Shown here in pieces: positions 60,591 through 64,000 of a DNA stretch of 64,000 nucleotides; the first letter of the stretch is position 1, and the number at the start of each line of letters is the position of its first letter. The notes beneath the pieces are model-generated. The model had not been told where the DNA came from. It did no database searches and saw only the letters and a list, made by a program, of their open reading frames with translations. The position numbers and the translations under genes are program-made. This DNA comes from Macrostomum lignano (lineage: Eukaryota), in assembly GCA_002269645.1 (NCBI GenBank), contig NIVC01003825.1, forward strand, positions 11,068 through 75,067, in the 5' to 3' direction.

Positions 60591-61106
60591 ACGGGTGTCC
60601 CAAAAAAGGTAACACTTTGTGCGCTCACTGTGAGTGAGCAGTTAGGCCTATAGCACAGTAATTTAACAGGTCCACAGTAAACATTTGTAAGTTTTTCCCA
60701 CAAACATTTGGTTGCGAAAAATTGCTCCAGAGGCGAGTTATTGAGCACAGAAGTGTACGCTAGCTTTTCTGCCAAGCTTTGCCATACACAGCTGCCATAG
60801 ACAATCTTAACGTTTAAGAAATTTAAGAAATTTTAACGTTAGATCAGTCTCAGAGTCTATGCATGCTCTGTCATTTTTCTTACGCAAAAGATTGTCTATG
60901 GCCTCCGTCTATGGCAAAGCTTAGCAGAGAAGCTAGCGTACACTTCTGTGCTCAATAACTCGCCTCTGGAGCAATTTTTCGCAACCAAATGTTTGTGGGA
61001 AAAACTTACAAATGTTTACTGTGGACCTGTTAAATTACTGTGCTATAGGCCTAACTGCTCACTCACAGTGAGCGTACAAAGTGTTACCCTTTTTTGGGAC
61101 ACCCGT
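60591..61106. mobile_element. Non-autonomous foldback/MITE element with ~200-bp terminal inverted repeats and TA target duplication (Tc1/mariner-type)
   Basis: Left end TA|ACGGGTGTCCCAAAAAAGGTAACACTTTGT; right end ACAAAGTGTTACCCTTTTTTGGGACACCCGT|TA. The arms are near-perfect reverse complements for about 195 bp. No ORF. Confidence 0.92.
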
Positions 61107-61330
61107 TATAATCACTGGGGGAGGCAACAATTAAAGACAGACTTTTCAACTGTCTATAGTCCGAATCGGGGGTCTTTGAAGCAACCTCGGTGCCGCTTTG
61201 GCTGCAAATAGGCTCACGCATTCAGCATATGGTGAAGAAAAGGAAGCCTGCGAGCTGAGCAGCGAGCTTTTTGAGGAACATTGGGAGAGCGTCGCTACCG
61301 CAGATGAATCCCTGGGTGAACAGGATAATA

Positions 61331-61515
61331 TATATGCAGCGGAATATTGATGAAGTTTATTGTTGTTCATCTTGTGTTCTCATACAGCTGCATCGAGTTC
61401 TGCTTAAAGTTTAATTCGTTATGTAGCGGAAAATTTCCGGTAAAGAATCGCGAGTTTGGAATTTGTGCAAGACTTTATTCATTTGCACTGTGCGTGCACA
61501 GCAGCAGTTCACTAC
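61331..61515 (+). repeat. Dispersed direct repeat, copy 2
   Basis: Homologous to 58606-58789. Confidence 0.9.
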
Positions 61516-61644
61516 TGTGAGTTGACTGTGCACTTGCCAGCTGAGGCCATGTGATCGTATTTGAGGAATGTTTTTTATGATGAGACACAGATAGAGGGTT
61601 CTGTTCGATGCTGGAAATCAAAATCTGCAGGTAGAATTTCAGTA

Positions 61645-64000
61645 CTAATGCGCAGCAGGTGCGTTCGGATTGGGATAAAGTCCCGGGGCCTGCGGCGGCG
61701 GCGGCGGCGGCGGCGGCGGCTGCTGCTGCTGCTGGTAGCTGCCGTACTGCTGCTGCCCGGCTGCGTATCCGGGATACCCGACTGGTGCCTGCAGTCGTGA
61801 GAAAGCAGAGCGATTGATGCGAATTGCGGTCCGAACTCCATGCGTACCTGTGGCTCTAACTTTGGTGTCCTTGGCTAACTCTGGTGTCCTTGGCTAGCTC
61901 TGGTGTCCATGGCTAACTCTGGTGTCCTTGGCTAACTCTGGTGTCCTTGGCTAACTCTGGTGTCCTTGGCTAACTCTGGTATCCATGGCTAACTCTGGTG
62001 TCCTTGGCTAACTCTGGTGTCCTTGGCTAACTCTGGTGTCCTTGGCTAACTCTGGTATCCATGGCTAACTCTGGTATCCATGGCTAACTCTGGTATCCAT
62101 GGCTAACTCTGGTATCTGTAGGCAGCGCCTCCTATCGTGTGTGTTGGGGTGTTGTTAGCGGCTGCGCCGCGTGACTCTGCTAGCTCAATTCTTATGCGTA
62201 CAATATCAAATGTGCATGGTGCGACTTTAGCCACCATTCTGACTCAGCTCAATAATTCAATAAATATACTGATCGCTATTATTCTCGCCTGCAAGCTTTC
62301 GGAAACTATCGACTACAACAAGCAGTCTAGCCTCGTTTCACGCACTACAGTATCCATGGCTAGCTCTGGTATGCATGGCTGACTCTGCTATCCATGGCTA
62401 GCTCTGGTATGCATGGCTGACTCTGCTATCCATGGCTAGCTCTGGTATGCATGGCTGACTCTGCTATCCATGGCTCTACTCTGGTTTCCATGGCTAGCTC
62501 TGGTATCCATGGCTAGCTCTGGTATGCATGGCTAGCTCTGGTATCCATGGCTAGCTCTGGTATGCATGGCTGACTCTGCTATCCATGGCTCTAACTCTGG
62601 TTTCCATGGCTAGCTCTGGTATCCATGGCTAGCTCTGGTATGCATGGCTGACTCTGCTATCCATGGCTCTAACTCTGGTTTCCATGGCTAACTCTGGTAT
62701 CCATGGCTATCTCTGGTGTCCATGGCTCTAACTCTGCTATCTATGGCTCTAACTCTGGTATCCATGGCTAGCTCTGGTATCATGGCTGACTCTGCTATCC
62801 ATGGCTAGCTCTGGTATGCATGGCTGACTCTGCTATCCATGGCTAGCTCTGGGATGCATGGCTAGCTCTGGTATGCATGGCTGACTCTGCTATCCATGGC
62901 TAGCTCTGGTATGCATGGCTGACTCTGCTATCCATGGCTAGCTCTGGTATGCATGGCTGACTCTGCTATCCATGGCTAGCTCTGGTATGCATGGCTGACT
63001 CTGCTATCCATGGCTCTAACTCTGGTTTCCATGGCTAGCTCTGGTATCCATGGCTAGCTCTGGTATGCATGGCTGACTCTGCTATCCATGGCTCTAACTC
63101 TGGTTTCCATGGCTAAGCTCTGGTATCCATGGCTAGCTCTGGTATGCATGGCTGACTCTGCTATCCATGGCTCTAACTCTGGTTTCCATGGCTAACTCTG
63201 GTATCCATGGCTAGCTCTGGTATGCATGGCTGACTCTGCTATCCATGGCTCTAACTCTGGTTTCCATGGCTACTCTGGTATCCATGGCTGACTCTGGTAT
63301 GCATGGCTGACTCTGCTATCCATGGCTCTAACTCTGGTTTCCATGGCTAGCTCTGGTATCCATGGCTAGCTCTGGTATGCATGGCTGACTCTGCTATCCA
63401 TGGCTCTAACTCTGGTTTCCATGGCTAGCTCTGGTATCCATGGCTAGCTCTGGTATGCATGGCTGACTCTGCTATCCATGGCTCTAACTCTGGTTTCCAT
63501 GGCTAACTCTGGTATCCATGGCTATCTCTGGTGTCCATGGCTCTAACTCTGCTATCTATGGCTCTAACTCTGGTATCCATGGCTAGCTCTGGTATCCATG
63601 GCTGACTCTGGTGTCCATGGCTCTAACTCTGCTATCTATGGCTCTAACTCTGGTATCCATGGCTAACTCTGATATCCATGGCTAGCTCTGGTATCCATGG
63701 CTGACTCTGGTGTCCATGGCTCTAACTCTGCTATCTATGGCTCTAACTCTGGTATCCATGGCTAACTCTGATATCCATGGCTATCTCTGGTATCCATGGC
63801 TATCTCTGGTATCCGTAATGTTGCAGTATTTGATCACAGCAAGGCATTGAGTGCATCAAATTAACAAAACAATTTTGCGATTTCCGTATCTAAGCTGCAT
63901 TAAATTGACAGCGGGCAGGCCCGCGCAGAGCCTCACCTGAGCCTGTGGGGGCGGCTGCCGAAGGTGGGGGGGCCGGCTGCAGCACGGCTCCCTGGGTGGC
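61645..64000 (-). CDS. 3' end of a Pro/Gln/Tyr/Gly-rich protein gene that extends beyond the window
   Basis: Terminal exon 61645-61788 (acceptor CTGCAG|) reads APVGYPGYAAGQQQYGSYQQQQQPPPPPPPPQAPGLYPNPNAPAAH*. The upstream GC-rich exon 63937-64000 ends in CAG|GTGAGG. Frame is inferred; product unknown. Confidence 0.55.
61855..63815. repeat. Intronic minisatellite, ~19-bp unit CCATGGCTAGCTCTGGTAT, interrupted by a unique segment at ~62115-62345
   Basis: Variant units (GCATGGCTGACTCTGCTAT, CTCTAACTCTGGTTT) arranged in higher-order blocks. Confidence 0.93.

Noticed and set aside
62137-62382. 81-aa ORF in the unique interruption of the 19-bp array
   Set aside because: No motif, non-ATG start, and it lies antisense within an intron; probably a small insertion.

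Overview
Eukaryotic (metazoan) genomic DNA, not prokaryotic. GC-rich exons with canonical GT-AG introns are separated by introns largely filled with minisatellites. This architecture resembles the free-living flatworm Macrostomum (inference; the organism cannot be proven from this window). Spliced genes reconstructed by hand with splice-phase checks: RalGPS-type RasGEF-PH (minus, 85-10622, 5' end unresolved); EF-hand-less calpain with intact C/H/N triad (plus, 14490-16714); secreted WSC+PAN/apple protein (minus, 22289-23034); highly divergent class-A-like GPCR (plus, 25068-26698); 13-exon BLTP3/UHRF1BP1-type lipid bridge protein (minus, 30060-46302); J-domain membrane protein (plus, 48680-52132); PPxY-motif single-pass protein (minus, 56038-56511); LITAF-domain protein (plus, 57299-57945); and the 3' end of a Pro/Gln-rich gene leaving the window. 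Also present: a frameshifted TRP(V)-like channel sequence, two broken WSC paralog fragments, tRNA-like SINE heads, and a nested transposon cluster (Crypton-type tyrosine recombinase fragment, Tc1-type transposase pseudogene, TA-flanked foldback MITE). About 30 distinct tandem arrays generate most of the long ORFs in the six-frame track, which are artefacts. No CRISPR array, rRNA or intact tRNA is seen. I do not see a demonstrably new biological system; the strongest leads are the one-minisatellite-per-intron architecture, the structured element at about 24.0 kb, the rearranged WSC copies and the Crypton/Tc1/MITE nest.
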